From contig NGBS01001167.1 in assembly GCA_002245135.1 (NCBI GenBank), positions 62,001 to 126,000 on the forward strand: a DNA stretch of 64,000 nt, in the 5' to 3' direction. Below, piece by piece: positions 14,266-29,367 of this stretch. This DNA is from Proteromonas lacertae. Lineage: Eukaryota. The first letter of the stretch is position 1, and the number at the start of each line of letters is the position of its first letter. A program made the position numbers and the translations under genes. The notes under the pieces were generated by a model that saw only the letters and a list, made by a program, of their open reading frames with translations, was not told where the DNA came from and searched no databases.

Positions 14266-14642
14266 GATTTTATACCTAATCTATTTTATCACAATTTGAA
14301 AATGTCCACTGTTGAACTGTTGAGTAGAAAATAAGAAATTATTGAAACGGCTCTTTTAAAAAAAGATCGAAGACTAGCCATGCAATTTGTATTTAAAGTT
14401 TAAATTAATCATGATGGTAATTTATTGATTATTGCTATGCATAGTATTTATAAGAAAGTGAAATGATTAAGCAATTTTAGATATATTTAGAAAGCAAACT
14501 TTTTATATCTCTGCAGTTGAAATGTTTCATATATAGATAGATATGCATTTTATTTTTTTATTTTCATGGTGTAACAGATACAACAATCAAGCATTTCTCA
14601 AGCAATACACTTGTCTTTTCGATTTCTTTATTTTTCTCATCA

Positions 14643-17532
14643 ATGGAAGCACAATTGCTGCTAGAAAGAATTAAATGTGCAAATTTACTTGCAGATAAAA
14701 AGGAAGCTATCAAAAATTTAATTGTATGTACTTTATATATCGAAATTATAGACCTTTTATGAAATTAGTGATAATATTGATAAAGATAATGGATGTTTTG
14801 AATTACTAGAATCTGAACTGAAGAATGACTTACAAGATGAAGAGTATATAAAACAAGTGATTGATCTTATCTATTTTCTTCTTAAAAGTATAAATGTAAT
14901 ACAACAAATCCAAATGTATAGAAATTTCAAATAATAACAATGATGTTATACTTTTACCTAAAGTATTAGTTATTTCATACTAACATCTAGAATTCTCATC
15001 TAATATCAACTCTTCTTACGTTATTTCAATCATTAAATTATCTTATACAAGGAATGATCATTCAAATTATATATGTGCTTTTATTTTCATCATCAAATTA
15101 TACTCAAATAATTAATGAAATATTAACATGTCAAAATGGCTTACAGATGCTTTTAGAACAGTTATCTACCAATAAAACTACAATAATATATGATATATGG
15201 AATAAATTGACTGAAAATAACACGCAGATACAAAATTTCATCTCATATTCTGATGGATTTGATACTTTATTAACAAATATAGAAAATTCATTAAATGATA
15301 ATAATGATTGTTATATAGTTGTTGGATGTTTGAAAATATTAAGTAATACTGTAAATAACAATTTGATATCGCAAAAATTGTTTATACAAAATGTTCAGTT
15401 TAATAGAATCAAAGAATTTATCACTAAAACTTCATCATTTCCATTGAATATTAGAATAGATTTTTATATTCAGTTTAATATATTTTTGGAGAATCTCATA
15501 AACATTAATGTGGCTCTTAGTAAAGATGGAAATAATAAAAATATCGCTGATGATGATGATGATTCAAAAGAATTGTATAACCAAATCAACAATGTTAAAC
15601 AACAAATTATTAATGTATATATTTATCAAAATATAATAATGGTAATAGACAAATGATTTTATTTCAGTTTACATAAATCTATTTCTAATTTCCATTGAAT
15701 CTACTGATGAGTTAAAATACTCAACACTTCGAATATTAGGATGTATTATAGAATCAAATTCAGAATGTCAAATGATCTTATACAGCAACAATAAACTGAT
15801 AAATTTGATTATTTCTTCTGCTTTATACAGTGAAAATGGTAAAATAAGATCAGCATCTATATATTTGTATAATTCAATTATTCATCAGAATAATACAATA
15901 TGCAATGATATAATAACTCAATTTTTACATGATGATGACAATAATAATAATAATGAGAAATCAATGAGTGATTCAAATTATAGTGATAGTAATAAGAACT
16001 ATATAAAAGTATATAAATATTATAATTTATATTATCGAATAGATATTAACTAATATAATTAGAGAATATAGAAATTATTCAACAAATAGTATCAATATTA
16101 TTACTGTTCAATCATGTTGTAAGTTATTAATATGTCTTTTAAACAGTGATAATATATGTAAAGAATTATTAACCAAATATTTAGTTGGAAATGATTCATT
16201 ACTGGAATTCATATACATACTTTTGTATAAATTCATAAATTCACATGAAAATAATATTGAATTAATTGTATATATTTATTTGTCATTTTATTTCTTGTAA
16301 TAGTTTTCTTTGCTGGAAGTATTAATAATCTGGAATAATAATTGCTCCATAGCCAATAGTATTGTTTTCAATAAATCATTTTATTGTTTAATGTATGTAA
16401 ATGCATTATCAGTTAAAAATCTTTCAAATCCTCTTAATTACTTAGGAATTAATCGTATTTCAAATTTCTAATCTATTGAAATAGAAATGAGTTTTATTCA
16501 TTGCAAATTTTTATGTTGTTTATTCATATCTACATTGATCAGTGGTTTAAATAATGATAATGAATTGTTTAACAGTCAAAAGCTGATTGAAGTTATTGAG
16601 AAATATATTGGTTTAGATTTGTATATAGAATGTTTATCCAATAAACCAAACAATGATGAGATATTAACATATTCAAAACTACTAAAAACAGTATCAAACA
16701 TTCAATATCAATCAATATATAAGATTTTAATTCAATATTACTTAGACAAGAATTTGCCAAATATTATTTACTCAATAAGTGGAGATAATAATGAAAATGA
16801 TATTGAAAACTATAAAAGAATGATCAGATCATTAGATAAGGAATTACAGAAGTATATATCACAGAATAGTGATGTTGTTAGCAATAATAATTATAACAAT
16901 AATATTACTCAACATAAAAGTGATATAAATGATTCAATAACCAATCAATTTACTGAATATCAAAATAGAGAATTTCAGTATGAAAATACGATATCTGAAC
17001 TGAAAAAAGAATTGAATAATATAACTAGTGAATATCAACAATATAAAACAAAAATGGTAAATACTATATCACATATTGATGGATTAATAAAAGAATTTAT
17101 TGATTACAATACTGTTTCTAATATTAAAATATATGAAAATACAGTAAATACAACAATTTCACTTGTATAATATTACTATATCATATATATATTCTCTATT
17201 ATATTGTCTTATAGAAAAGAATAGTAAGTGATAATAACAGAAAAGAATTTGATAATTTAATGAAACTACATAATAAAGAATTAATGGAAAGGAATAGTCA
17301 GTTAATATCATTGAAAAGATGTATATTATTATATTGTTTATATTTAATGACAATTATAGGTTTTGAAGATTTAACGACTGGTGAAAAAGTTGAGAAATTG
17401 AATTTCGGCATATCCATTTATAAGCAGTATATACCAAATTTGTTTAAAATAATATACAAATATGGTAGAAATGAAGGAATTGCTGATGCTTACAAGTGTT
17501 TAGTAGATATTCATAATTCTAATATTGTGTGA
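14643..17532 (+). CDS. USO1: Uso1/p115-like vesicle tethering protein (armadillo head + coiled coil)
   Basis: N-terminal LLERIKCANLLADKKEAIKNL and LTENNTQIQNFISYSDGFDTL...IVVGCLKILSNTVNNN resemble the p115 head; C-terminal coiled coil; many short introns. Confidence 0.65.
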
Positions 17533-17666
17533 GTGTGTGTGTATTTTTTTTCTTTTTTATGATTGAAATAATAGTACTTTATAGTATTAAAATATCAAAA
17601 TAAAGTGATCTTATTGAGATATTTCAAAATCACTAAACTTCATTCAAATCAAAGGCTTGTTCAAAA

Positions 17667-19510
<1,844 letters not shown>

Positions 19511-19845
19511 ATAAATGGTATAATAAATAAGATTGAGTTTAGTTTTTATAATTTATTTAAAAATGTTGTTTGGATGTATTTTGTGATTAAATACATATTT
19601 TAAATTGCAATGATGGTTATAGATTGATTGTACACTTACTACAAACTCAGATTAACAAATTTTCCAGTTTCATATCTCTGTCATCTCATCATATTTTCAT
19701 TCATATCATCTTTCATTCATTTATTATTTTGATTTGTTTATGTAGTTCAAAATTTTTGATTTACATTTAAATAATGATTTTAATTAATTATGATACGAAT
19801 TCATTTTCAAAAAAAGAAAAATACAAAAAATAATAATTAATTAAA

Positions 19846-21921
19846 ATGAAAGTGATAGATAACGAAATTGGCGAAAATGGGTATAATTTGCATAAATATT
19901 GTAAACTAGACTGAGTCGAATACTTGTTAACAATGGTTTTGGTGATTTGTTAGTGAGAGTAGGAAAAGACGAAATCCGAAGTGTGAAAAGTATCTTGATG
20001 AATGGAAACAAATTATCGAAGAAACAATTAAGTGATAATGAAGTGAGTGGCGAGTTAGAATTAAGTGAGAGTTGTGAACTGAAGTCATTTTTAGAGATCG
20101 AGAAATACTACAGTGGTGGTTCGATGTTACTAAACGAGTCAAACATCTGTGACATTTTGAGATTCAGTGTAAGTTATGAAGACAATCGAATAATGAGAAT
20201 ATGTAAAAGATATTTAAAAACTCATTTAACCGAATCAGTAATGATCGAGCTGTTTGAAATATTGAATGGTTTAAACATAAATAGATTATCAGAAGTAAAT
20301 GATGTATGTGAAGAACATATGAAGTTGAATGGGTTTAAAATACTTAAATGATGATAATGTGTTATTGAACTTGAGTATAAAATCTGTAAAATTCATTTTA
20401 AACAATAAAAATCTGATGATAATAGATGAGAGTTGGCTATTGAATAGATTATTAAAATGGTATAGAATGGTATTGAAAGATCAAGTAAACAAGGAAGAAG
20501 AGAAAGAACAATTTGTTTCTATATTAAAAACTAGAATTCAGTTGAATAAAATTATGGTAGATAAAATGGAAGAGGTAAATCTGAATGAATTAAAAGAACT
20601 AAACATCGATCTAAGTGATTATATAAATAATCATGTTTGTGTCAACATAGATGAAGTGAAAAATGCAGAATTAATAAAGATAATAAATGAATATTATGAT
20701 GAAGAAGACAAAATGTTAATCAATGAAAGAAACATAATAATATTATCACAAGAAGAAGTTGTAGAAGAAATGATCAAATTATTATGTAACGAAAACATCA
20801 AAATCATCGAAATTGTGTTGAATCTAATAATAGAAATGAAGATAAGTGAAATTATTCCATCAGAGAATAAGAATAAAATATTGAGAAAGTTATTATGTGA
20901 ATATGGAGAGAGTAGAAGGAATCGAACATTAAAATGCTTATGTCTATTCATTGATAATAAAAAACATATCAGTTCAATTGAAGATTTATGTGGAAAAGAA
21001 GCATTATACAGATTATTTAATGAAGAAGACTATTTAAGTTCAGAAAACAAGAAGTTATTAATTAATTACATTCATGGATTGGATTTGAATGAGGATGATG
21101 AAGAAGAAATGAGTAAGATACTAAACAATAAAGAATTACTAAAAGAATTAAAATTCAAAGAAATTACATCATTTTCATATCCTCAAACAAAATATGCATT
21201 TGGATTGAATGAAGAAATCTCTATCATTCCATCATTTAGTGGATCAAAATGTAAATTTACAATAAATCCCTCTTTACCTGATGGAATAGTATTAGATAAA
21301 GAAAGTGGAATTATTCATGGAAAAGTCGAAAAACCTTTTGAAAAATGCGAATATAAAATCAAATGTAAAATAGAAAAGAGTGAAAAGAAGTTTAAGATAA
21401 AAATGGAATTTCTCCTAGCAGTATTCACTGATTTAAACAAAAGTGAAGGTATCTCCATATCAAATAATGGAAAGCTTATAACAAATACGAATAACGATTA
21501 TAATCACTGTTATTTAGATTTAAGAATTGAAAAAGGAGTTTATCATATCAAATATAAGTTTCATCAGAATGATAACAATGACAATGAAATGATAATAGGA
21601 TTATCAACTAGTAATGACTTCTCAGGTGTTGAAATCTTCAGACAAGCTACAACTTGTAATTATTATGCATGGGGTGGTGAAAGTCGTGATTGTATCCTTC
21701 GAATTGGAAAAATTGTTACATTAAATCCTAATTACGATAATCATGGAGATGGTTCAGTATATGAGATAATTGTTGATATGAACAAAAAAGAATTTTGGAT
21801 AAGTCACAACAAATCACCTCCTGTTCTTCTAATCAAAAGCTTACCTTCTCCATTATATCCGTATGTTTTATCAAGATTAAACACATCATTTGAACTATTA
21901 TCAGTATACAAACAACATTAA
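19846..21921 (+). pseudogene. BTB/BACK + putative Ig repeat + SPRY/B30.2-like protein with a 1-nt frameshift near 20337-20348
   Basis: ORFs 19947-20351 and 20329-21921 overlap in different frames. BACK-like LLNLSIKSVKFIL..L.IIDESWLL..W, Ig-like FTINPSLPDGIVLDKESGIIHG, SPRY-like C-terminus. The frameshift may be a sequencing indel. Confidence 0.55.
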
Positions 21922-22074
21922 GTGTATATTTCTACTTAAAAATATTGCTTATAAAAATATATTCATTAATTGTGTTTATTTCATCATTTAAAATAGAATA
22001 AGTTTGATTATGATTTGGCTTGAAAAAGGTTTGGCTTGATAATTCAATATTTTTAATTTTGATTTTTCTCATCA

Positions 22075-25000
22075 ATGGATTCAGATGTCATTAATATATC
22101 AGATATATTAAATATAAAACATGCAAAAGAAAAGAATTCTGTTAAAATGATGACTGACCTAAACCAATTTCCTTTTTCTAGTTGTATGTAATATTCTGTT
22201 TAATATGTTTAGGTTTAAAATATTTTAATGCTAATAAGAGTGTATTTAATGAAATAATCGATGGATTTTGCCTTTGCATGTCAAAGATCAGCACCGAAGA
22301 ACTATCTGAGTGTTCAATGTATTTAGACACCTGTTTTAGAGTATATGTTTAAAATATTATATTGATTAGAATATTGATTGTGAGTTAATAAGAAAATGTG
22401 TATTTCCGTTAGTCGGTAGTGAAATCTGCCAACATTTGAGTAAAAATCGTTTAGATTTTGAGATGTCACAATCAGACGAATTTAAGGCAATGTATGAACA
22501 AATAATATCAAACAAAAAAGACAAAAACAATAAAAAGGATTTTATTCCTGTGTTATTAAATAAATACTTTGAGATATTAGAAAAAGATGATAGTGATAAA
22601 AATGATATATTATACACAGAAAGAGTAATCAGTTTATTTATATCACTATTAAATGAAGTATAATATATATATATATATATATAATGTAGAAAACAACCCG
22701 TGGATTTATTCTGTTATTATTAGAAGATAATCACTTTTATGTGAGAAGTAAGAATTCTCAGATATATAGAAATAATAAAGATGAATTATTTAATGAATTG
22801 TTGGATTATTATCGTAAATGTGAAAGATTAGAACCATTTGAATCATCCTATCTACAAGATGAAGATAATGAAGATGATGAAGAAGAAGAAATATCAATAA
22901 ATCGAAGTTATTATGATGAAATGATCATATTACAGAAAGTAGTATTTAAATATTATGATGAAAAATTAAAAGAATTATCATTAAATTCAATTTATAATGT
23001 TTCATCACCAAAGACATTATTATCATATTTTAATCGATTAAGTGATGATGAATTATGTAATTTATGTATTAAATTACGTATTATACCAGGATATTATGAA
23101 TAATGGTATATATATATTATTATTATTAATTTATATTGAAATAGATAATAATATAAGTAAATGCATATATTCTAGGCAGTTGATGTTGGATATATTATTA
23201 GATAAATACAGTAAAAGTGAAAACGAAATAGATTCAATAGATTCAATACCATTACTTCCCAATGAAAAATTAATATGGAATGATAAGATATTATTATCAA
23301 AAGACAAAATGAATGATATAAATAAAGATATATATTGTCTACCAAAACTGAATCTTGAGTTTCTTAGTTTTAATGATTATTTATTAAGAAATTTCCAATT
23401 GTTTAGACTTGAAAGTTATTATGAAATTCGTCAGGATCTTGTAGAGAATATAAAACGAATGAATTCTCGATTATTACCTGATGGAAAAACAGAATTTAGA
23501 GGATTTAGTAAATATGCTTTACCAATCAAATCATTCAAAATATTAGAAGTAAAGAAGCCCAAATTAGGTGAATTAAAACCATCAAGAGTAACAGGTGAAT
23601 TGAAATTAGATTACAGTATATTAGGAGGAACAATAAAAGATGAATGGGAGAATATAAAAGAACATGAAATATTGTTTTTAGTAACAATTAAATCACCTTA
23701 TAAATTAGTTACTTATATAGAAAAAGAAATGAATAATAATATGGAAGAAGAAGATGATGATAATGAACCAAATAGAAGTTTATGGAATATTGAAACGAAT
23801 GAATTTTTAAAAAAAGAAGGAATAATCTCAGTAAGAGGATGTGAAGTAAGTGAAATGTTGGATGAGAATAATAATGTATTAAATGAAATGAATAAAGAGA
23901 GAGTTGGTATGAAAAGATTACTCCATGTTACACTTGATACAAATCAATACCAAATGGATATTGATAATAATATGAAGAGTCTTTATAATGATTTCAATTT
24001 AGTTATTCGTCGTAAACCAGAAAAGAATAATTTCAAAGCTGTTTTAAAGACAATTTTGGATTTATTGAAGATTACAAGTCCAACTAAATATGTTCCTAAA
24101 TGGTTACAATCGTTGTTTTTAGGAAATATTAATTCTAATTCTCAGAAATATAGATATATTAATATGAAAGATAAAATATTATCATTTGATTATTTAGATA
24201 CATTTTTATCTAAACAACATTTAATCCAATCAAATCTAGGTAAAACAATCAAATTTATCTCAGAAGAAGATGGTAAAGAAATAACAGATGAAGCGTTAAT
24301 CAAACCTCCATTTAAAGTTAAATACTCCAATGATTTTAACACAATGGAAGTTACTCCATATACAATAACCTATCAACCACCATATACACCATCAATCATT
24401 AGAAAAAACACTGTAATATTCAATCATTCTCAAATCGAAGGTATTACTAGTGGAATGAATAATGGATTAACAATGATAGTTGGACCTCCAGGAACAGGTA
24501 AGACAGATGTAGCTGTTCAAATAATATCAAATATTTATCACAATTTCCCTGAACAAAGAACATTATTAATTACCCATAGTAATAATGCATTGAATGATTT
24601 ATTTAGTAAAATAATGGAAAGAGATATTGATGAAAGACATTTAGTGAGACTTGGCTTGAGAGAAAAAGAATTAGAAACTAATAAGAATTTTAGTAAATAT
24701 GGTAGAGTGGATTATACATTACTTCGTAGAATAGAATTATTAAAGGAAGTGAATAGATTGTGTGGAACTTTGGATGTTTACAGTGAAGGAGATCATACTT
24801 GTGAAAGTGCAGAATATTATTATATGTATGTTGTTATATATTATATTATATTATATTATAGATCTACTGTTAAACCAAGAATAGATTTATTTCATAGAAA
24901 AGTGGAAGATATTCGTTATAAGATCAATGGAAATTTAATAAGTGAAGAAGAAAGGAATAAATCAATTGAACAGATTTATCCATTTTTAAAGTTCTTTGAA

Positions 25001-26176
25001 AATGCAACTCAACGATTAATTACACACAATTTTGATGCTGATCTTATTAGATGTGAAAATGGTATTAAATACATTGAAGATATCTTCAAAGAGTTAAAAG
25101 AATATCGAATATTTGAGTTATTAAGAAGTAATAAACAAAGAGGTGATTATCTGTTAATAAAACAAGCAAAGATAATTGCTTTGACTTGTACTCATGCAGC
25201 ATTGATAAGAGAGAAGTTGATAGAAATTGGATTTAAATATGACAATATCATAATGGAAGAATCAGCTCAAATATTAGAAATTGAATCATTCATTCCAATG
25301 TTACTACAAAATGAAGAAATAGTGGAAAAGAACAAATTAAAAAGAATTGTTTTGATTGGAGATCATAATCAATTACCACCAATCATTCAAAATCAGATTA
25401 TACAGCAATATTGTCATTTTGACCAATCATTATTCACTAGATTTGTAAGATTAGGTGTTCCATTAATACAATTAAACAATCAAGGAAGAGCAAGATCCAC
25501 AATAGCTGATTTATATCGTTGGAAATATGATAGTTTAGGTGATTTACCACATATTAATGAAAATATTGAATTTCAAAGATGTAATGGAGGATTTTTGTAT
25601 GATTATCAGTTTATTAATGTTGATGGCGAAGAAACTCAGTTAAGTCCCTGGGTTTATCAAAATCAAAATGAAGCTGATTATATAGTTGCTGTTTATCAAT
25701 ATATGAGATTAACTGGATATCCTGCTAATAAAATATCAATTATAACTACTTACAATGGTCAAAAGCAATTGTTATATAAATTATTCAAAGAGAAATGCTC
25801 TCAATATCCTCAATTTGGAATGCCATATAGGATTATTACAGTTGATAAATATCAAGGTCAACAAAATGATTATATTTTATTATCATTAGTTAGAACTAAG
25901 TCTATTGGACATATCAGAGATGATAGAAGATTAATTGTTGCATTATCTAGAGCTAGACTTGGATTGTTTATTTTAGGTAAATATGATCTATATTCAAAAT
26001 GTGAAGATTTTAATCAAGTTTTTGGATTGTTGAATAAAAGACCTTTGAATATGGTTTTGGTAAAAAATGAGCGTTTTGGAAGTGATAGAAAGGTAAATGA
26101 TGAAAAAGCTGAGAAAATTGAGATTAAGAATTTGAGTGAAATGACAAGCTATGTTCAAACTATCAATAAGAAGTAA
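22075..26176 (+). CDS. AQR: Intron-binding spliceosomal RNA helicase Aquarius (IBP160)
   Basis: LPKLNLEFLSFNDYLLRNFQLFRLES, RRKPEKNNFKAVL, GPPGTGKTDVAVQII, THSNNALN, MEESAQILEIE, GDHNQLPP, TVDKYQGQQND, RRLIVALSRAR. Confidence 0.95.
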
Positions 26177-26307
26177 TTAATCCTATCCTATTCCTATCAG
26201 AATTATTATTATTATTTTATTCTTAACAGTATTTATGTTTTAATTCTCCAATTTCAACAATACTGAAAATAATAATAATAAGAAAGAAAAAAAACATAAT
26301 ATTTCTA

Positions 26308-27987
26308 TTACTTTGGTGAACATACACACAATCTCTGTGTATCATTCGAAACTGTATGTTTACACATTAATTTTGATCTAAATTGTAATAAACAGACACC
26401 AGGTTGTTCATTATGACTCATCATATTATAAGATGGAAAATGTTCACCTTCTTGATAAGAACATCCATTTTCACATTTAAAATAATCTTTCATTTTCTTA
26501 CAATTATTATAAGTGTATAATTCATCATTATTACAATTATAATTTTGTCCGTTACAAACCGTATTACAATCTTCACCTGGTTTACCTATCAATACTTTAT
26601 CATTAATTCTCTCAGTAATATTCATAACAAGTGAAATATAAGGATTTTGTGTTTTCCTCATCAATATTAATGATTTTGTATCTCCACTATCAATTAATAA
26701 ATTACCTCTCCAAAATCCATTATATGTTTTATCTGAAGATATATAAGAGTAAAATGAATCAATATCATTGTTAGAGAATAGGATATAAGATTGTGAATCA
26801 GATTGAAGTGTATAAATATCAGATGATAATACTTCACTACATTTTGATAGAGTATCTTTGAAATATTGTTCATATTTCTTTTCATCTAAATAAGATAAAT
26901 CTCCAAATTTATAACTCTATTAAATAATATTAAAAAAAATATGTTATATATATATATATATATATAGTACATCATATTGTTTAGAAATGTATTGATAATT
27001 ATAACTATTACTTTCTTCATTGTATAATCTCATATTTGATCTATCAGTTCTAAATACTCTTGACACACCTGGGTAAATACACTCTAACCCTGTACTATCC
27101 ATGTACAACTGTATTATTCCTTCTATAGTATTTAACTGGTTATTTTTCCATAAATTACTTAAGCTTTCCCAATCTTTAGATGTAAACATTATTGAACCAC
27201 CATTATTGACACTTGTACGATAAAACTTCCTTAAATCTTTATATGATTTCTGGTCATTGATGCCATTGAATGCAATTACACAAAATAATGATTTATCTTC
27301 AAGTTCTTTTCTGTTTACTATTAATCTTTCTGTTTGTAAATGTAATGTAAAGTAATCTTTTGTTATTATATGAGCTTTTTCTGAATTGTCTAGTAATGTG
27401 ATTGTATCATATTTTAACTCTGTAAATATCTTATTTATTGAATAATAATAGATATCTTGCATGTTATTGTAGGGTAATTCTACTACATCTGTCTTTCGAT
27501 TAAATTTTATTATTATTTTGATTTGTTTTGAATAGAATGATAATAATTCTGTTATACAGCTTGGTACTCTTTCTGTTTCATCTATGGCTAGTATTAAGTC
27601 GAAATATTTGTGTGATGGAGTGGTCATGAATGTCATTAGGTTAGGTTCAAAGTAAGAACAATGTGGAGTTAATACTGAAAAGAATGCTCTTTTTAACTTC
27701 ATTTTTGGCTTATATCTGGTATGTACAACAACTAGTAAAAATATTAATATGATCATAATACGTGAATAAGGATTGAGTATTAAATGTTTCATTGAACTAG
27801 TTGTTTGTGAATTTTCAAATTCATTTTCTTTATCAAAATATCGCAAAAATGCTATTTGCCTCATTAGAAATGTAATATATACCATATAAAGTAATTAACG
27901 CCTCTATTAGATAGTACAAATTATTATTATTATACCAATTCCAATTAAAACTACAAAGAACCACAGCAGCTTTTCATGGAACTTCAT
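26308..27987 (-). CDS. GnT-I (GT13)-like type II membrane protein with degenerate active site and Cys-rich MGAT5-like C-terminus
   Basis: N-terminal hydrophobic anchor; FCVIAFNG, FYRT and ECIYPGVSR correspond to GnT-I motifs; C-terminal GEDCNTVC...C...QRLCVC. Confidence 0.6.
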
Positions 27988-28076
27988 TTACTTGAGAAAA
28001 AAGGAAAGAAAGAAAATGAGAAAATCAAACCAAGTAATCAAACCTATTTAACATTTATTTTCGTCTTTTATTCATC

Positions 28077-29216
28077 ATGAATAAGTATGATGAAATTGCA
28101 AAGTTATGTAATGATAAATACAAAGAATTGTTATTTGATAGAAAACTAAAAAAGAATGAATGGACTATCCTAAGTGGTTTAATTTGTGAATTCAATTCAA
28201 AATATACTTTATTATGTTTATGTAGTGGTACAAAATGTCTTAGTCATAAAGATGTGTGTAATGGATTTGTAATTAGTGACTGTCATGCTGAAATTCTTGT
28301 AAGAAGAGGTTTCATGAAGTATTGTTATGATTATTTATTTAAAACAGCACAAAAAACATCAATAGAGCCAGATATATTTGAAAAAGTCGGAGATAAGTTT
28401 AAAGTAAAGAATGATGTAAAATTGTATTTGTATATTAGTCAAAGTCCTTGTGGTGATTGTAGTATCTTTGAAGATGAGAATGATGAGTTAGAACCACCTC
28501 GAAAACGAAGTAAAATAGAATATGACAAAATGCACAGAACAGGAGCTAGATTAGTAATGAGTGATAGTAAAAGTGATAAAATTGATATAAATAATTTATA
28601 TATAACCGGTAAACTACGATTGAAACCAGGAAGAGGTAAAAAGAATGATTGTGTTAGTTGTAGTGATAAAATGTGTTTATGGAATGAAATAGGAATAGAA
28701 GGAAATATATTAAATAAATATTTTGAAAGAATAACAATAGATTCATATATAATTGGTGATAATTTCAATGATAAAGCAATGAAGAGAGGAATATATGAAA
28801 GAATATCAACAAATAATAAACCAACAATCATTCATACAAATATATTGTTTAATAAAAGTGAAAAAGAAGTAATAAAGAATAATGGAAAAGATAAAATAGA
28901 TGATATAAAATCAAGTAATTTATCAATAATCTATACAATTGGTAATAAAATGGAAATAATAAATGGTAAAACTGGAATAAAAGAAGGAGGAAATAAAAGA
29001 GATATGAAAAATAATAAAAGTTCATTATGTAGATATTCATTTTTACAAACATTACAAATGTATAATGATATAATAATGAAAGATGATAAAAGATTGAATT
29101 ATATGGAGTTGAAGAATGAGAATAAAGAATATGAGAAAAGAAAGAATGAAGTATTGAAAATTCTAACAGGATGGCCAAGAAAGAAGAGAGAAGAATATAA
29201 TTTTGTGTGTGATTGA
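28077..29216 (+). CDS. ADAT1: tRNA-specific adenosine deaminase (ADAT1/Tad1, ADAR-type domain), intronless
   Basis: SGTKCL, DCHAEIL.RR, SQSPCGD, LRLKPGRG, SCSDK, G..G motifs; no dsRBD. Confidence 0.85.
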   Translation: MNKYDEIAKLCNDKYKELLFDRKLKKNEWTILSGLICEFNSKYTLLCLCSGTKCLSHKDVCNGFVISDCHAEILVRRGFMKYCYDYLFKTAQKTSIEPDIFEKVGDKFKVKNDVKLYLYISQSPCGDCSIFEDENDELEPPRKRSKIEYDKMHRTGARLVMSDSKSDKIDINNLYITGKLRLKPGRGKKNDCVSCSDKMCLWNEIGIEGNILNKYFERITIDSYIIGDNFNDKAMKRGIYERISTNNKPTIIHTNILFNKSEKEVIKNNGKDKIDDIKSSNLSIIYTIGNKMEIINGKTGIKEGGNKRDMKNNKSSLCRYSFLQTLQMYNDIIMKDDKRLNYMELKNENKEYEKRKNEVLKILTGWPRKKREEYNFVCD

Positions 29217-29367
29217 ATTATTTGTTTATTTATATGTATATTTTTTATATATTGATTGACAAGATGTTAAAATTGATGTTTGAATGATTGTTTATTTTAG
29301 AATCAATGCTTTATATTACTATGTAAAATCAGAAAAATAAATTCTGAAACGACTATATTTTTATAAA

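Noticed and set aside
20331..20337. GGGTTTA -1 slippery heptamer
   Set aside because: It is out of phase with the upstream ORF, and the required shift is +1.
26687..26705. Apparent 19-nt GT-AG intron in the GnT-I-like gene
   Set aside because: The frame reads through unspliced (NGFWRGNLLIDSG); no intron is needed.
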